A stretch of DNA of 64,000 bases from assembly GCF_009914755.1 (NCBI RefSeq), contig NC_060925.1. One strand, 5' to 3'. Every line of letters starts with the position of its first letter. Position 1 is the first letter of the stretch. This DNA comes from the human T2T-CHM13v2.0 reference genome, Homo sapiens. This document shows, in pieces, positions 30,451 through 49,529 of the stretch. The position numbers were made by a program, and so were the translations under genes. The notes below the pieces were generated by a model, which saw nothing but the letters and a program-made list of their open reading frames with translations, was not told the DNA's origin and searched no databases.

Positions 30451-31075
30451 AAACACCAGGATACATTCAACCTGTTACTGAAATAATTCACGCTGACTCT
30501 GGCATCAGCCTTTTTACTGCAAATCGTCCTATTGAATGGCATAAACATGCAATTTATACCTTAATCTGAATCTATGTCAGTGGTTCCCAAATGCAGCTGG
30601 GCTTCAGAATCCACTCTACAGCTTGTTAACGATATAGTTATCTTGGGTTCCACCCGAGGAGGCTGCGATTCAGCATTTCTGAGGAGGCCTGAGTAAGCAT
30701 GTAAGTTCCTGGTATAGGAACTGCTCCTTTATACACCTTACTAAATGGACCTTGCTTCCTAGAGGCTGGCTTGTTCAGAATCTTGGTCAGGGAGATTAAG
30801 ATGGGGCCTTGAACATCTCGTGAAATTACTGATGCTTAACAGTTTCCTGGGTAGCCATTAAGAGAAGTAAAGGAACCAGATAAGAAAGGGGCTTCCACTT
30901 GTGCTAATGGCCAGGCAATGACAAGCTGAGTTGTTAAAGCAGCCTCTCATCACCCTGCCTCGGGATGATGAATAGGTTCCACAAGTCCTGTTTAAAGAAT
31001 ATAAAAATAATTTTGCACCTGTCAGCAATTCCTCACTGAAAAATGTTTCTGGTACTGGAACACTTTGCTCTATTA

Positions 31076-31406
<331 letters not shown>

Positions 31407-31919
31407 ATATAGCCCCTAATTTTTGACATGGTACCATAGGAAGGAATGAACTAGTAGCATCAAGCACCCACTCCCAGCTTCTGTATGGAAACCTTAAGGT
31501 GGGACTCTGATACTTTTGCAAAGACATTCAGTAAAGTTCAATAAGGAGCAGGTGTCTGCTTCTGAAAACAGGCTAGGGAGCAACAAAGAGATGAAAAAGA
31601 TTGAGCAGTTGTCAGGAGCAGGGCTACGTTGTGTCTATCTGTTTTGATAACACTTTAAGACATTCTATGCCTTGGCTTCCCTTAAACCAGCAAACAACTA
31701 AGAGGTGGGAGCCCTTCAGTGAACAAGCCATGGTCAGGAGCAGTCTTCTCATTAAGTGTTTTGCTGGCACACTTGCCTAGGAAGAAGGGAGGGAAATTTA
31801 GAGGTGGGGATAGAGAGGGGTTGCTTTTTTGGAGGGTCCGCTGCATCCCAACAAATAAGCCTTCGTTTAAAGAATGTACTATTGAGCAACTATTGATCAG
31901 TCCATATGGGTAGGTAGAA

Positions 31920-32883
31920 GAGATAAACACTTTTTCTTCTCTTACACAGCCAAGACAACAACACTCCTGACACCAGATGTGGAGGGATTTTCCTCCATTG
32001 GACACTCTCCACTGGAAAATTTCCCATTGAACACTCACTGGGTGTCTTACAATTTAACTGAATTCTAATACTATCTACCTGGAGTTAGCATCAGATCCCA
32101 CAAGTTAAGGGCTCAGTCCAACACTGCCCCCAACTTCAGGTACCAGTTGAAGGCAGTAGGTTGTACCTGTACTTCTGACCAACTGGCTATACATCAGGGA
32201 TCCCACGATCCCCACCTCTGGTTTGATTAATTTGCTAGAGTGGCTCACAGAACTCAGGGAAACACTTTACCTATATTTATCCATTTATTCTGAAGGATTT
32301 CACAAAGGATACAGATGAACAGCCAGATGGGAAAGTGGCATAGGGCAAGATGCACATGAAGGTGATGGGAGGGTGGCACATCTGAGAGAGCATGGAAGCT
32401 CCACACTTCCTGAGTATATGGAAGAGGCACAGAGCTTCCAAGCCCTCTCCAGGTGTACCGCCCTCCCATCACCTCCACGTGTTCAGCAATCCAGAAGCTC
32501 CATGAACCTTGTCCTTTGGGGTTTTTATGGAGGCTTTATTATGTAGGCATGACCATTCGCCCATCACTGGCCATTGGTGATCAACTCAGCCTTCAACCTG
32601 TCTCCCCTTTTTGGAGGTCCAGGGGTGGGACTGAAAGTTCCAACCTTCATGATTAATTCCCTAACAACTAGCCCCCATCCCAAGGCTGTCCAGGAGCCCA
32701 CTAAGAGGCACCTCATTAGAACAAAAGATGCTCCTACCACCCAGGAAATTCCAAGGGATTTAAGACCTCTGGGTCAGACACTAAGATTCTCCTAGTCCCT
32801 CAATCTACAATAGCATTAGGAGCTCATCTCAGAACTGGAGGCAGAGACCAAATATATACTTTTCATTACATCACAATATCACA
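31920..32883 (-). mobile_element. MER21-family LTR
   Basis: atctacctggagttagcatcagatcccaca and ttgctagagtggctcacagaactcaggg motifs; ends acaatatcaca. Confidence 0.8.
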
Positions 32884-34250
32884 GTGGGTTATGCAGGATT
32901 CGAATGAACCGTTCTCCTTTCCTTCCTCTGATTCCTCCAGCTGACCAGGGCCATCTGGAACACCAAAATATACTTGGCAAATTCACCCAGAAGCAGCTCA
33001 AGCAATGTCTTTATGAAGCCTTTCTCCCAACTTAAAATGTCCTCTTAAATAGGAAATCATCACTTTTGTTATTTTTAAAAAATCTTGGGCATGTTAAACT
33101 ATGTAAAATTAATGCCTAAGTCCTGGAGGGCTAAGCTTCACTTAAGGATTTGTTTCTCTCCTCTCCCACGGTCCCTGTTCCCTGAATCTTAGAAATGTCA
33201 TCCTTAAGTGACTAAGATTTTACTTTTGATCTATTTCTCATCTGCCCTTTGCCTGCACACTGATCTTCAGCATTGGAAATGAGCAACATCTCTCAGGCTA
33301 GGGTCATCCTATTCCCAGACAGACTTTAAGGGTGTAGCTCCCGGTGATCCTTACTGAGCTTTTTGTATTTTAGTCTCTTCACCATCCAGAATTTTGATTC
33401 CAAGTTCCTTCATCCAAACATGAAGAAGTACCCTGGTTTATTTCAAAGACTCTCAGTGGACGCAAAAATAAATAAGCACTAAATACATTTTTATAGTATA
33501 AGTAGAGGAAAATGGCACATAGAAGATAGTTGTGGTGGTACCAGGTAGCTGGTACTCTCTCCCAGTCTTTCGTTCACCCTTTCCACCAGTTCTGAATATA
33601 ATTTTTTAGCACCTCTATACATGTGTGATGCAGAACCAAGCTTTGGTTGATTTATTCATTTTGTTCTAGTTAAATGAATTGCAACCTTCCAACCTGAAAG
33701 TCCTTAGAGTCAATTACTCACTTGCTCTTAACATTTCTAGAGCTACTCAATAATTACATACAATTTTATCTGTCAACTAAAAAAATTTCCAGAGCTTCAC
33801 TTACCAATTCAAATTGACCTAAAACCAACCATGAATTGTCCTTAACAGTCTAATTGGATGGATATATTTAGTAAATATTCCTTCATTGAAAGCCATTTGC
33901 ACATTTAAGAAACACTCACTGAGTGCCCATCCTGTGCCAGGCAATCTGTTGCATAAAGCATAAAGGCTGGCCTGTTCATTCCTTCACCATGTGCTCGTCT
34001 GTGTAGACTGGAAATGCCCGTCCTCTGTGTGATTTAGCCAAGGTTGGCAAATACCACATCTGTCACTCAGACCATTTTGAAATTTTAATAAGAGTTTTTG
34101 AGAACCTGTCTCAAAAACAAATAAATAAATAAAACTCATGTTTATTGTTTCTGTGCTATTCAGAACCTTTGGAATAAAGCTGGCCTTTTCATCTTGATAA
34201 CATTCTCTCCTAAAAACTCTGGTGTCCACTTAAATGAATACTATGTTTTC

Positions 34251-34539
34251 TTCTTTTTTTTGAGACGGAGTCTCGCTCTGTCGCCAGGCCAGAGTGCGGT
34301 GGCACAATCTCGGCTCCCTGCAACCTCTGCCTCCTGGATTCAAGCAGTTCTCCTGCCTCAGCCTCCCATGTACTGGGACTACAGGCACGCACCACCACAC
34401 CCAGCTAATTTTTGTATTTTTAGTACAGACGGGGTTTCACCATGTTGGCTGGGATGGTCTCGATCTCTTGACCTCATGATCTGCCCACCTCGGCCTCCCA
34501 AAGTGCTGGGATTACAGGCATGAGCCACCGCACCCGGCC
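34251..34539 (-). mobile_element. AluSc-like
   Basis: Alu consensus match. Confidence 0.95.
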
Positions 34540-34718
34540 TATTTTGTTTATACTATACCTGGTAGAAACCTTAAGTGTCTCCTTATTCACCACTTTAAGT
34601 CGTAAGCCTCTGCCTAATTTTCTAGGCCATTCATACTTGATCCTGTTACTGAATGCCCTTCCATTAACTCTGAGCTCCAATTTCTCATAGAAGATGAATG
34701 GAGGGAATTATGCTCTAA

Positions 34719-35578
<860 letters not shown>

Positions 35579-35694
35579 CCCTCACTTCTTTATCTGAAGA
35601 ATGAGCTCAAAATGTTGTTTAATTTACACGTTGTGAGGATCAAATGAGTTAACACCAACACAGTGTTACCTCATGCCTAAGAAGCACTCAATCA

Positions 35695-36006
<312 letters not shown>

Positions 36007-36218
36007 TTAGCAATTATGACAATTTTCTCCCCCTTTCTGTAAACCAGCTGCAGCTTACCCCACTCTTTTCATAACTTTGCCTCATATTTTATTGAGAGAA
36101 TAAGAAAACCACAAAGGAAAGCCAGGAAGCTCCCTTCTTCCTCCCACCACATCTACCTCTGTGCCTGCATCTGTACTAATATTGTTTCTTTCCTCTGCCC
36201 ATTAAAAATGTCCTTGCA

Positions 36219-36516
36219 GGCCAGGTGCGGTGGCTCACACCTGTAATCCCAGCACTTTGGGAGGTCGAGGTGGGCAGATCACTTGAGGTCAGGAGTTCGA
36301 GACCAGCCTGGCCAACATGGGGAAACCCCATCTCTACTAAAAATACAAAAATTAGCCGGGTATGGTGGCATGTGTCTGTATTCCCAGTTACTTGGGAGGC
36401 TGAGGCAGGAGAATTGCTTGAACCCGGGAGGCGGAGGTTTCAGTGAGCCAAGATTGCACCACTGCACTCCAGCCTGGGCGACACAGCGAGACTCCGTCTC
36501 AGAAAAAAAAAAAAAA
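36219..36516 (+). mobile_element. AluS
   Basis: Alu consensus match. Confidence 0.95.
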
Positions 36517-36712
36517 TAATAAGTCCTTGCTGACTCAATCTGTGCTCAGGATCCCACCCTGTTTACCTTGAAGGATTTCCTCAACTTCACCTTCTTTCCA
36601 GTATTGTTGATATCCCCCTCTGACAGCATGCAGACACCTTTTAAAACAAGAGGGAAAAACCGAACCCTTCCTCAACCCTGTACCCCTGGACAGCCTTTGA
36701 AAGATGGGATGG

Positions 36713-37145
<433 letters not shown>

Positions 37146-37431
37146 TTAGCCATTCTTCTCGTCGCTGTTGCTATTATTATTTTAAGTGTTCATTTCAGTG
37201 CTTGCTGCCACAGAGTGGAATCTCTTACAAAGATATTTTAGGCACCAATTAGGGTTCCAAATTTAAGAGACAATTCACAGAACTCACTTGAAGTAAGGAA
37301 AGGATTGCGAATATTGCCTGTTCCCACTTGATCAGCCAGACGCTGTCTTCCTCTGCCTGCCAGCTGGCAAGTTTTAATTTGCTTGCTCTTTTAGTTTTTT
37401 TTTTTTTCATTAATATGTCTGCATATAAAAG

Positions 37432-38527
37432 TGAGGCAGGAGACTGGCAGGACTTGTTTTCTGGTCACAACCCTGATGAGCAAAACAGGATCTGGCCGAC
37501 AGGATAAAGTGAAGAAACCACTGAAACCAGCAGATGGAGACAAAAGCCATCCCTAGCTGTCCTCGTTACTCATTAGCATAAGACATTCCCACCAGTGCCA
37601 CGACAGTTTACAAATGCTATGGCAATGACCCAAAAGTTAGTACCTGTTTCCTAGAAAGTTCTAAATAACGCACCCCTCAATTTGCATTAACCCACCCCTG
37701 AATTTGTGTGTAATTGAAAGTAGGTATAAGTAGGTATAAATAGAATTGCCAAAAGTCCATAGGTTGCTGGTTCTGGGTGCACTGCTTGTGAGTTAGCCTT
37801 GCTCCTTGTGATGGTTACTAATAAGTGTCAGCTTGATTGGATTGAAGGATGCAAAGTATTGTTTCTGGGTGTTTCTAGTGTTGCAGAAGAGATTAACATT
37901 TGAATCAGTGGACTGGGAGAGGAAGACCCACCCTCAGGAAGACCCACCCACATTGTGAGTCTTGGCACCATCCAATTGGCTGCCAGTGAGGCTAGAAAAG
38001 AGCAGGCAGAAGAAGATGGAAGAAGCTGACTTGCTGAGTCTTCTGGCCTTCATCTTTCTCCCATGCTGGATGCTTCCTGCCCTCGAACATCAGACTCCAA
38101 GTTCTTCAGCTTTTGGACTCTTGGACTTACACCAGTGGTTTGCCAGGGACATTTAGGCCTTCAGCCACAGACTGAAGGCTGCACTCTCGGCTTCCCTAAT
38201 TTTGAGGTTTTGGGACTTGGACTGAGCCACTAGTGGCTTCCTTGCTCCTCAACTTGCAGATGGTCTATTGTGGGACTTCATTTTGTGGGACTTCACTTTG
38301 TGATCGTGTGAGGCAATTGTCCTTAATAAAGTCCCTTTCATATATACATCTACGCTATTAGTTCTGTCCCTCTAGAGAACTCTGACTAATACACTCCTTG
38401 AGGAGCAGAACCGTTCAATAAACGATTGCTGTGTAACACCACTGGCTGGCCCTTGAATTCTTTCCTAGGCAAAGCCAAGAACTCACCTGGGCTAAGTCCC
38501 AATTTTGGGGCCCCTCTGTCCTGCACA
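37432..38527 (+). mobile_element. MER66-like ERV1 LTR with a nested MLT2A
   Basis: TGAGGCAGGAG...CCTGCACA with TSD aaag; MER41/66-type core cccaccagtgccacgacagtttacaaatg. Confidence 0.8.
37807..38393 (+). mobile_element. MLT2A (HERV-L) solo LTR, MLT2A2-like
   Basis: TGTGATGGTTA...GACTAATACA; perfect TSD ctcct. Confidence 0.92.
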
Positions 38528-38802
38528 AAAGGGCCACATGTTTCAAACATTTCAAAAACACATTATTCTTCAGTTGTTTTAGAATGTGTGGTGTGGTCAA
38601 AGACAGGCAGTTATCAGAAAATATTTTCTCATTTTATATCTCTTTTATTTCCCTGGTTCATAATGTAAAAGTGAATACTTAAAAAAAGATACGTAGCCCT
38701 GTAACTCCTACCCCTTACCAAAAATAGCCCAGCCTCACATAAGTTTAGTGTCAGCAGATGACTATGCTCCTGCTATCTCCTGCTGCATGACCAAGGGTCC
38801 TC

Positions 38803-39544
38803 TTGCTCACTCTTGGCTGCTGCCGGATAATGTCAGTCTCTGCCTTCAGCTCCATGTGCTTTTGTGGGGACCACTGACATTTCAAACACCCGTCTCATTC
38901 AAGATTTCCTTGAGGCACACACAGGTTGCATTGTGATGCCAACCACATCCTTTATGTTGTAACACTGGTGTTTCTCGAAGGCAGCAAATAGCAAGGATAA
39001 AATGTGGTCTTTATCAGCCTGCACCCTCTTTCCCTCTTCTTTCTTTTTCTTCTCATATGCAATATTACACTGATGATTAGCAACAGGTTTATAACCAGCT
39101 GTGACAACCTTGTCCGGTTTCTGCAGGGTTTTGGCAGGTTTGGCAGATTCCTGTGTTTGCATTCTCTTCAGTCTCATGTAGTTTTAATTTGCAGCTGGTT
39201 GGCATTCCTCTCACTGTACCACTGTTCCTTCCAGTGAGAGCTTACTCGGTGCACGCTTAGTCAACACTGTGAGCATCTGCCCTCTGAGCCCTTGCACAAG
39301 AAACTGAGGCACCCTAGGTGTGCTGATGGGTGGGTTGTCCACCAATATTGTGAATGTTTTTAAGTTCCTCATTCAAAGTAAATGACAGCTCAGACTTTCT
39401 CTGATTCTTGGCAGTCTGCAGCTTCCCTACTTCACTACTTCCAGAAGCTTCAGACCACTCATGACAGGTATTTGGGAACCTCCACTAGCCACAACAGCTG
39501 CTCTGTTGGATTGCTTCCAAGTCGAGTTGCATGCTCTGGGTCTT
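38803..39544 (-). pseudogene. GTF2F2: Processed pseudogene of GTF2F2 (TFIIF beta/RAP30), full CDS span; symbol given is the parent gene
   Basis: Intronless. Segments LWLVEVPKYLS, SEVGKLQTAK..SFTLNEELKNIHNIGG, MRLKRMQ..YKPVANHQCNIAYEKKKKEEGKR..FEKHQCYNIKD and LKEIL..STWELK match RAP30. Start ATG is mutated to AAG (39542-39544); several frameshifts and stops. Confidence 0.95.
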
Positions 39545-40014
39545 GGGTCTGCTGCCTCCAGGCACCATGTACACCTGAGCTGAAGGTGCAAAGGGTAGGT
39601 GAGTTAGGGTTGAAGCAGAAGCAAGACACCAAAACCCGCGTGTTTCAGCTGCCATGAAAGTGTAAACCACATGCTGACTTCAGAAATGTTAAAAACTAGA
39701 GTCTTAGAATCTAGAGGATACTGTACAACAATCGTCAGTTAATTCATAAGGAAAAATTGGAAGCATCTTTAAAAATCGGGAGGTTAATAAAGAAGTATGG
39801 TACCTCTTTAAAAGAAGTACTGCACCAATTAAAAAGAATACAGTAGCTCGTATTTAATAACATGAAAAAATTTCTAAGACATAGACATCTCTCTCAGGCT
39901 TTTACTCAGTTGTGCCTTTTGCAGAGAGGCCGCCCTGGACTGCCCTGTTTCTCCCTGTCCTTCCCCGGCGTTTTCTCCTGAGTACCAGTCAACATGAATA
40001 TACTAGATACTCCA

Positions 40015-40165
40015 CTGGGTGACTCACGCCTGTAACCCCAGGCTTTGGAAGGCCAAGGAGGGAGATTACTGGAGCCCAGGAGTTCAAGACTGCAGTAAGC
40101 CACGATTGTGCCACTGCACTCCAGACTGGGAGACAGAGCTAGACCTGTCTAAAATATAATAAAAT
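40015..40165 (+). mobile_element. FRAM/Alu monomer
   Basis: Monomer consensus match. Confidence 0.8.
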
Positions 40166-40675
40166 AATTTTAAATCTAGATACATATTTACACACACACA
40201 CTAGATACTATTCATATTTATTTATTCATTTATTATTCTGTCTTTCCCACTAGTAAGCAGCATGAGGGTAGTTTGTGGCAGTTATTCACAAGGTGTTTAA
40301 TAATTTTGTTTTTTGAATGCGCAAAAGGTCTTATTTGATGGATTTGTTTGCTGTGAATAAATCTAGCAGAGGAGGTGCTCCTGGAGAAGGAGGATTGGGC
40401 CAGGGGCCTCCTGGGCCCTGCCAGGTCCTCCTGGTACTTCGTCTGACCTGGTACCCCACTCCTCTGGTGCTCCGTGCCCTAATGACATGGTAAGAATGGC
40501 CTCCACACAAAGTGAGAGGCGCAGAGGTCCTGGGGATAGGGATTCATCCTCCCACCCGGCCTGGGCCGCCACCAGACCGGGCATAAGGGGAGGTGGACAG
40601 TCGCCGAGCCCTGGGTGCCTTGGCTTGACCCCAACTGTGGGCAGGGACCCAGGAGAAGGTGAGAAATTTCTTTCT

Positions 40676-40820
40676 TTTTTATTCTTTTTTTTTTTTTTAA
40701 GAGACATGATCTCGCTTTGTTGCCCAGGCTGGCCTTGAACTCCTGGGCTCAAGTAATCCTCCTGCCTCGACCTCTGGAATGGCTACAGTCAAGGGCTACA
40801 GTCAAGGGCCACCATGCTCA
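40676..40820 (-). mobile_element. FLAM
   Basis: Monomer consensus match. Confidence 0.8.
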
Positions 40821-41152
40821 GCAGAAATTGTATGCTAAAATAACCTCTCAGGTGCCGTCTCGTGCCTCAGGCAAAGTGAGCAAACCCTGTGCAGGGTGAG
40901 CATAATCTGACGAAATGAAGCTGGGGAGGGGAGACTCTCCATCAGGCTGGGGCTCCCCAGAGCAGGCCGGAAGCTGTGTGGGATGAGGTCTCCCAGTGAG
41001 AGAGGTCACCGCCAAGCAAAGGCCCTCCTTGCAAGTCAGAACAGACCTTGTGCTGCCACCTTGAGGGACTGTCTTGATTGGGTTACATTAGAGCCATCCT
41101 GAGAATTCAGACACCTTGATTTGATTATGGGGGTTTCCCAAACCTCTTAAAG

Positions 41153-41481
41153 CAGGGGTCCCCAACCCCCGGGCAGCAGACTGGTACTGAACCATGGCCT
41201 GTTAGGAAACGGCCCCACAGCAGGAGGTGAGCTGTGGACGAGCATTACTGCCGGAGCTCCACCTCCTGTCAGATTACCCGTGGTATTAGATTCTCATAGG
41301 AGTAGAAACCCTATTGTGAACTGCACGTGGGAGGGATCTAGTTGCTTGTTCCTTATGAGAATCTAAAGCCTGATGATCTGAGGTGGAACAGTTTCATCCC
41401 AAAACTATCCCTCCTGCCATCCGTGGAAAAATTGTCTTCCACGAAACTGATCCCTGGTGCCAAAAAGGTTGGGGACCACTG
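41153..41481 (+). mobile_element. MER1B
   Basis: CAGGGGTCCCCAACC..GGTTGGGGACCACTG; perfect TSD tcttaaag. Confidence 0.95.
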
Positions 41482-41774
41482 TCTTAAAGCATGCCCATAA
41501 GGGTGGGTAGCTCACTGGACATCTACTGAACAATTTTTCCTTAATTGTCCAGTTTAGAGTGGGTTACGGTGAAAAACAGCTTGCTTCAGCTCCCCTAGAA
41601 AAACTTCAAGATGCAGGTTAGGCCCTCTGAAGAGTTACTAGACATGTTAATCCTAGCACCTGGCCAACCACTTCCACCATGCACTGAAATTGCTGTCACC
41701 ATCCTGTGGCTAAATGCAAAAAAAAAAAAAAGTCCTTATTTTACTTCTCTGATTGCTCCTTTTATCATCGTTTT

Positions 41775-42805
<1,031 letters not shown>

Positions 42806-42917
42806 GCTTACAGTCTTCATTATTTTTAACTGTCCAGTTCCGTGCTATTAAATACATTCGCAATGTGCAACCATCACTATCATTCATCTCTTCATCTGGT
42901 AAAACCGAGGCTCTCTA

Positions 42918-44568
42918 CAGTACCCCATTATCCCTGGTTTCAGTCTCTGAGGTTTCAGTTACTCCCATCAACTGGGGTCTTAAAATAGGTGAGTACAGTA
43001 CAATAAGATTTTTTGAAGAGAGAGAGACCACAATCACACAACTTTTATTACAATATATTATTATGATTGTTCTATTTTATTACTAATTAGTTATTAATCT
43101 CTTATGATGACTAATTTATATTCTTTTTTTTCTTCAACTTTTATTTTAAGTTCAGGGATACATGTACAGCATGTGCAGGTTTGTTATATAGGTAAACGTG
43201 TGCCATGGTGGTTTCCTGCACAGATCATCTCATCACCTACGTATTAAGCTTAGCATCCATTAGCTTTTCTTCCTGATGCTCTCTCTCCCCCAAATCCCCA
43301 CCAACACTGCCCAACAGGCTCCAGTGTGCGTTGTTCCCTTCCCTGTGTCCATGTGTTCTCATCATTCAGCTCCCACTTGTAAATGAGAACATTCGGTATT
43401 TGGTTTTTTGTTCCTGAGTTAGTTTGCTGAAGATAATGGCTCCCAACTCCATCCATGTCCCTGCAAAGGACCATGATCTCGTTCCTTTTTATGGCTGCAT
43501 AGTATTTTATGGTGTATATGTAACACATTTTCTTTATCCAGTCTATCATTGATGGGCATTTTGGTTGATTCCATGTCTTCACTATTGTGAATAGTGCTGC
43601 AGTGAACATATATGTGCATGTACCTTTATAATAGAATGATTTATGTTCCTTCGAGTATATACTCAGTAATGGGATTGCTGGGTCAAATGGTATTTCTGCC
43701 TCTAGGTCTTTGAGGAATCATCACACTGTATTCCACAATGATTGAACTAATTTACACTCCCACCAACAGTGTAAAAATGTTCCTTTTTCTTTACAACCTT
43801 GCCAGCATCTGTTGTTTTTTTACTTTTTAATAAACTCCATTCTGACTGGCATGAGACGGTATCTCATTGTGGTTTTGATTTGCATTTCTCTAATGATCAG
43901 TGATGTTGAGCTTTTTTTCATATGTTTGTTGGCCACATGTACGTCTTCTTTTGAGAAGTATCTGTTTATGTCCTTTGCCAACTCTTTAATGGGGTGTTGT
44001 TCGTTTTTTTCTTGTAAATTTGTTTAAGTTCCTTGTAGACTCCAGATATTAGACCTTTGATAGATGTATAGATTGCAAAAATTTTTTCACATTCTGTAGG
44101 TTGTCTGTTCCCTCTGATGATAATTTCTTTGCTGTGCAGAAGCTCTTCTGTTTAATTAGATTCCATTTGTCAATTTTTGCTTTTGTTGCCATTGCTTTTA
44201 GTGTTTTCATCATGAAATCTTTGCTCATGCCTATATCCTGAATGATATTGCCTAGATTTTCTTCTAGGGTTTTTATAGTTTTGGGTTTTACATTTAAGTC
44301 TTTAATCCATCTTGAGTTAATTTTTGTATGTGGTGTAAAAAAGGGGTCCAGTTTCAATTTTCTGCATATGACTAGCCAGCACTCCCAGCATCACTTATTA
44401 AATAGAGAGTACTGTGACTAATTTATAAATTAAACTTTATCAACGGTATATATATCAAAGGTATATATAGGAAAAACACAGTGTATATAAAGTTTGGTAC
44501 TATCTGAGGTTTCAGACATCCACTAGGGGTCTTGGAACATATCCCCTGAGGATAAGTGGGGTTTACTA
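42918..44568 (+). mobile_element. MER44A (Tigger7-derived MITE) split by an L1PA
   Basis: cagta..ttatcc / ggataag..tact termini, TA flanks, core ggtgagtacagtacaataaga. Confidence 0.85.
43121..44410 (-). mobile_element. L1PA (older primate, about L1PA13-16) 3' 1.3 kb inserted in MER44A
   Basis: ORF2 C-terminal peptides on -; TSD tgactaatttata. Confidence 0.9.
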
Positions 44569-44570
44569 TA

Positions 44571-46090
<1,520 letters not shown>

Positions 46091-46246
46091 CTATTTCATT
46101 TCAGCTGAAAACACTCTCTTTCCTTGGGTTCCATGACATTACATGCTCCTGGATTTCCTCCTCCTTTCTGGGCTGCTCATTTCCAGTCTTCTTTGTGGGC
46201 TCCTCTTAATCTGTCTTGGGCCATGCACCCTGTTTCTTGGTTTTAG

Positions 46247-46741
<495 letters not shown>

Positions 46742-46748
<7 letters not shown>

Positions 46749-46789
46749 TCAGGTGTTTCTTTATGGCAATGTGAGAACAGACTAATACA
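46742..46789 (+). mobile_element. Terminal 48 nt of an MST/THE1 LTR
   Basis: cccagcctcaggtgtttctttatggcaatgtgagaacagactaataca. Confidence 0.8.
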
Positions 46790-46898
46790 GCGGAACTTCT
46801 TGCTTCCTCCTTCATTATATTCCACGCGCTGGAGTTATAGTGATATTTCTAAAAGATGCTTCTAAGCATGTCTTTCTCCTTCTCAAAAGCTTTCATAA

Positions 46899-47291
<393 letters not shown>

Positions 47292-47630
47292 TGAACTTTG
47301 AACTCAGCCTCCATTGCTCTCTGCTGCCACCAGGTCTCCTTCAGTGTTATTTCTTTTCCCTGGACATTGCCACCACAACCACCCCACCCCTTTAGCTTAG
47401 CTAACTCCCATTCTTCTTCTAGGTGTCACCTGAGAAGTCTCTTTCTCTCCCCTGAACCACCGACTCTGGCATGGCCACCCTCCTGTGTTCCTCCATGGCA
47501 CCGTGTGCTTCCCCACTCACAGTGTTTCTAAGGACCTTGTGACAATGGACCGTGTCCGTCTTGCTCCCCACTGAAGCTCCAGCACATAGGAGGGGTACAA
47601 TAAAAATGTGTAGCATGAGTGAAGGATTGA
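47292..47630 (+). mobile_element. L2 3' end
   Basis: ctaactcccattcttc..cacatagg..aataaaaatgtg. Confidence 0.6.
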
Positions 47631-47739
47631 CAAAATCTTAAGCTGGCATCGCCTTTTTGGGATACTATTTGGCTATATGAAATGAGAGCCTGTCCTTTAT
47701 AGATGTCATCTCTGGACAGTCAGAAGAAACAGAGAGGAC

Positions 47740-47960
47740 TTGAAGTTCACGCTGTGGAGTTAGACTGCCTGAGCTCAAACCCTGGCTCTGCCACTTACTG
47801 GTTGTGTGGCCTTAGTGGGTCACTTTACTTCTCTATGCCTCCTCTTCCTCCTCAGTGAAATGGGGGATAATAATAGTACCTACTTTTAAGTTGTTATGAG
47901 GATTAAGTGAGTTAGTAAAGTGGCTGACATGTAGTGTGGGCTCAGTAAATGTAATCCATT
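47740..47960 (+). mobile_element. MIR
   Basis: ggctctgccacttact..aaatgggggataataatagtacctac core. Confidence 0.85.
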
Positions 47961-48080
47961 CTTATCCACTAGAATGTAAGTTCCATAATGGTAACCAGGG
48001 TTTGTGTCTTGTTTCGTTTGCTGCTGTATAAAAACAGGGCATAGAACCAAATAGGTGCTTAAACAATATTTATTAAATAG

Positions 48081-48680
<600 letters not shown>

Positions 48681-48769
48681 TGTGCTTGTAATTTTGCTCT
48701 TTAAGACTATTGAAATAGTATGACATTACATATTGTCACACTATTTCATTATATACATGGTTAATTTTT

Positions 48770-49010
48770 TAAAATAATATTTACATAGGGCTTATAGTAT
48801 GCTAAGTACTGCGCTAAGTGCTTTACATAAATTAACTCCTATAATTTTTATAATAATGCAATTAGATAAGTACTGTTCCCATTTTTGGATGAGCTAACTG
48901 AGACACAAGAGTTTGCATTTACTCAAAGTCACTTACCTAGTGAATAAAGGAGCCGGGATTCAAACCCAAATAGTCTGTTTCAGCATGCTGGTTCTTGACC
49001 TCTATCTGTA
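48770..49010 (-). mobile_element. MIR
   Basis: cccatttttggatgagctaactgag..ggattcaaaccca. Confidence 0.75.
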
Positions 49011-49471
49011 TAGCCTTAATGAGCTAAGGGCAAAAATATTCGGGGAACTAGGAGACAACTTTTTTTTAATCTAGTACTTGGAAAGTTTTCCAAAGGAAAG
49101 CACAAAAGTCATGAAGCAAAACTTGGGCAAACTTAATTACATAAAAAATGAAAATGTCTGCATTACTGAATACTCTGTAAACCAAGCTAAAAGACAAATG
49201 ACAGCCTGCAATTATTTTCAATTGCAACATCTAAAACAGAGAAGGAATCAATATCTAGATGATATATAAAGATTGTGACAGTAACAAAAGAAGAAAATTA
49301 CATTTTAAATGAGCAAAGATAACGAATAGGAAATTCAGAGACTACTTGATCAATAAGCATGAAAAGGTGTCTAGGGAAATTAAATCAAAACAAGAAAAGC
49401 AAATTAAAATGAAATTTTTTTAACCCATCAAATTAGTGAAATTGACAAAGTTTGTTACTATTCAATGTCTA

Positions 49472-49498
49472 TGTGATGGTTAGTTTTTTTTGTTGTTT

Positions 49499-49529
<31 letters not shown>

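Noticed and set aside
37374-37431. T13 run as the polyA tail of the GTF2F2 retrocopy
   Set aside because: Plausible but unsupported: no properly placed polyA signal or TSD, and I cannot verify the parent 3'UTR.
40363-40752. GC-rich unique stretch with ORFs
   Set aside because: The ORFs begin or end in a FLAM; no homology recognised and CpG density is modest.
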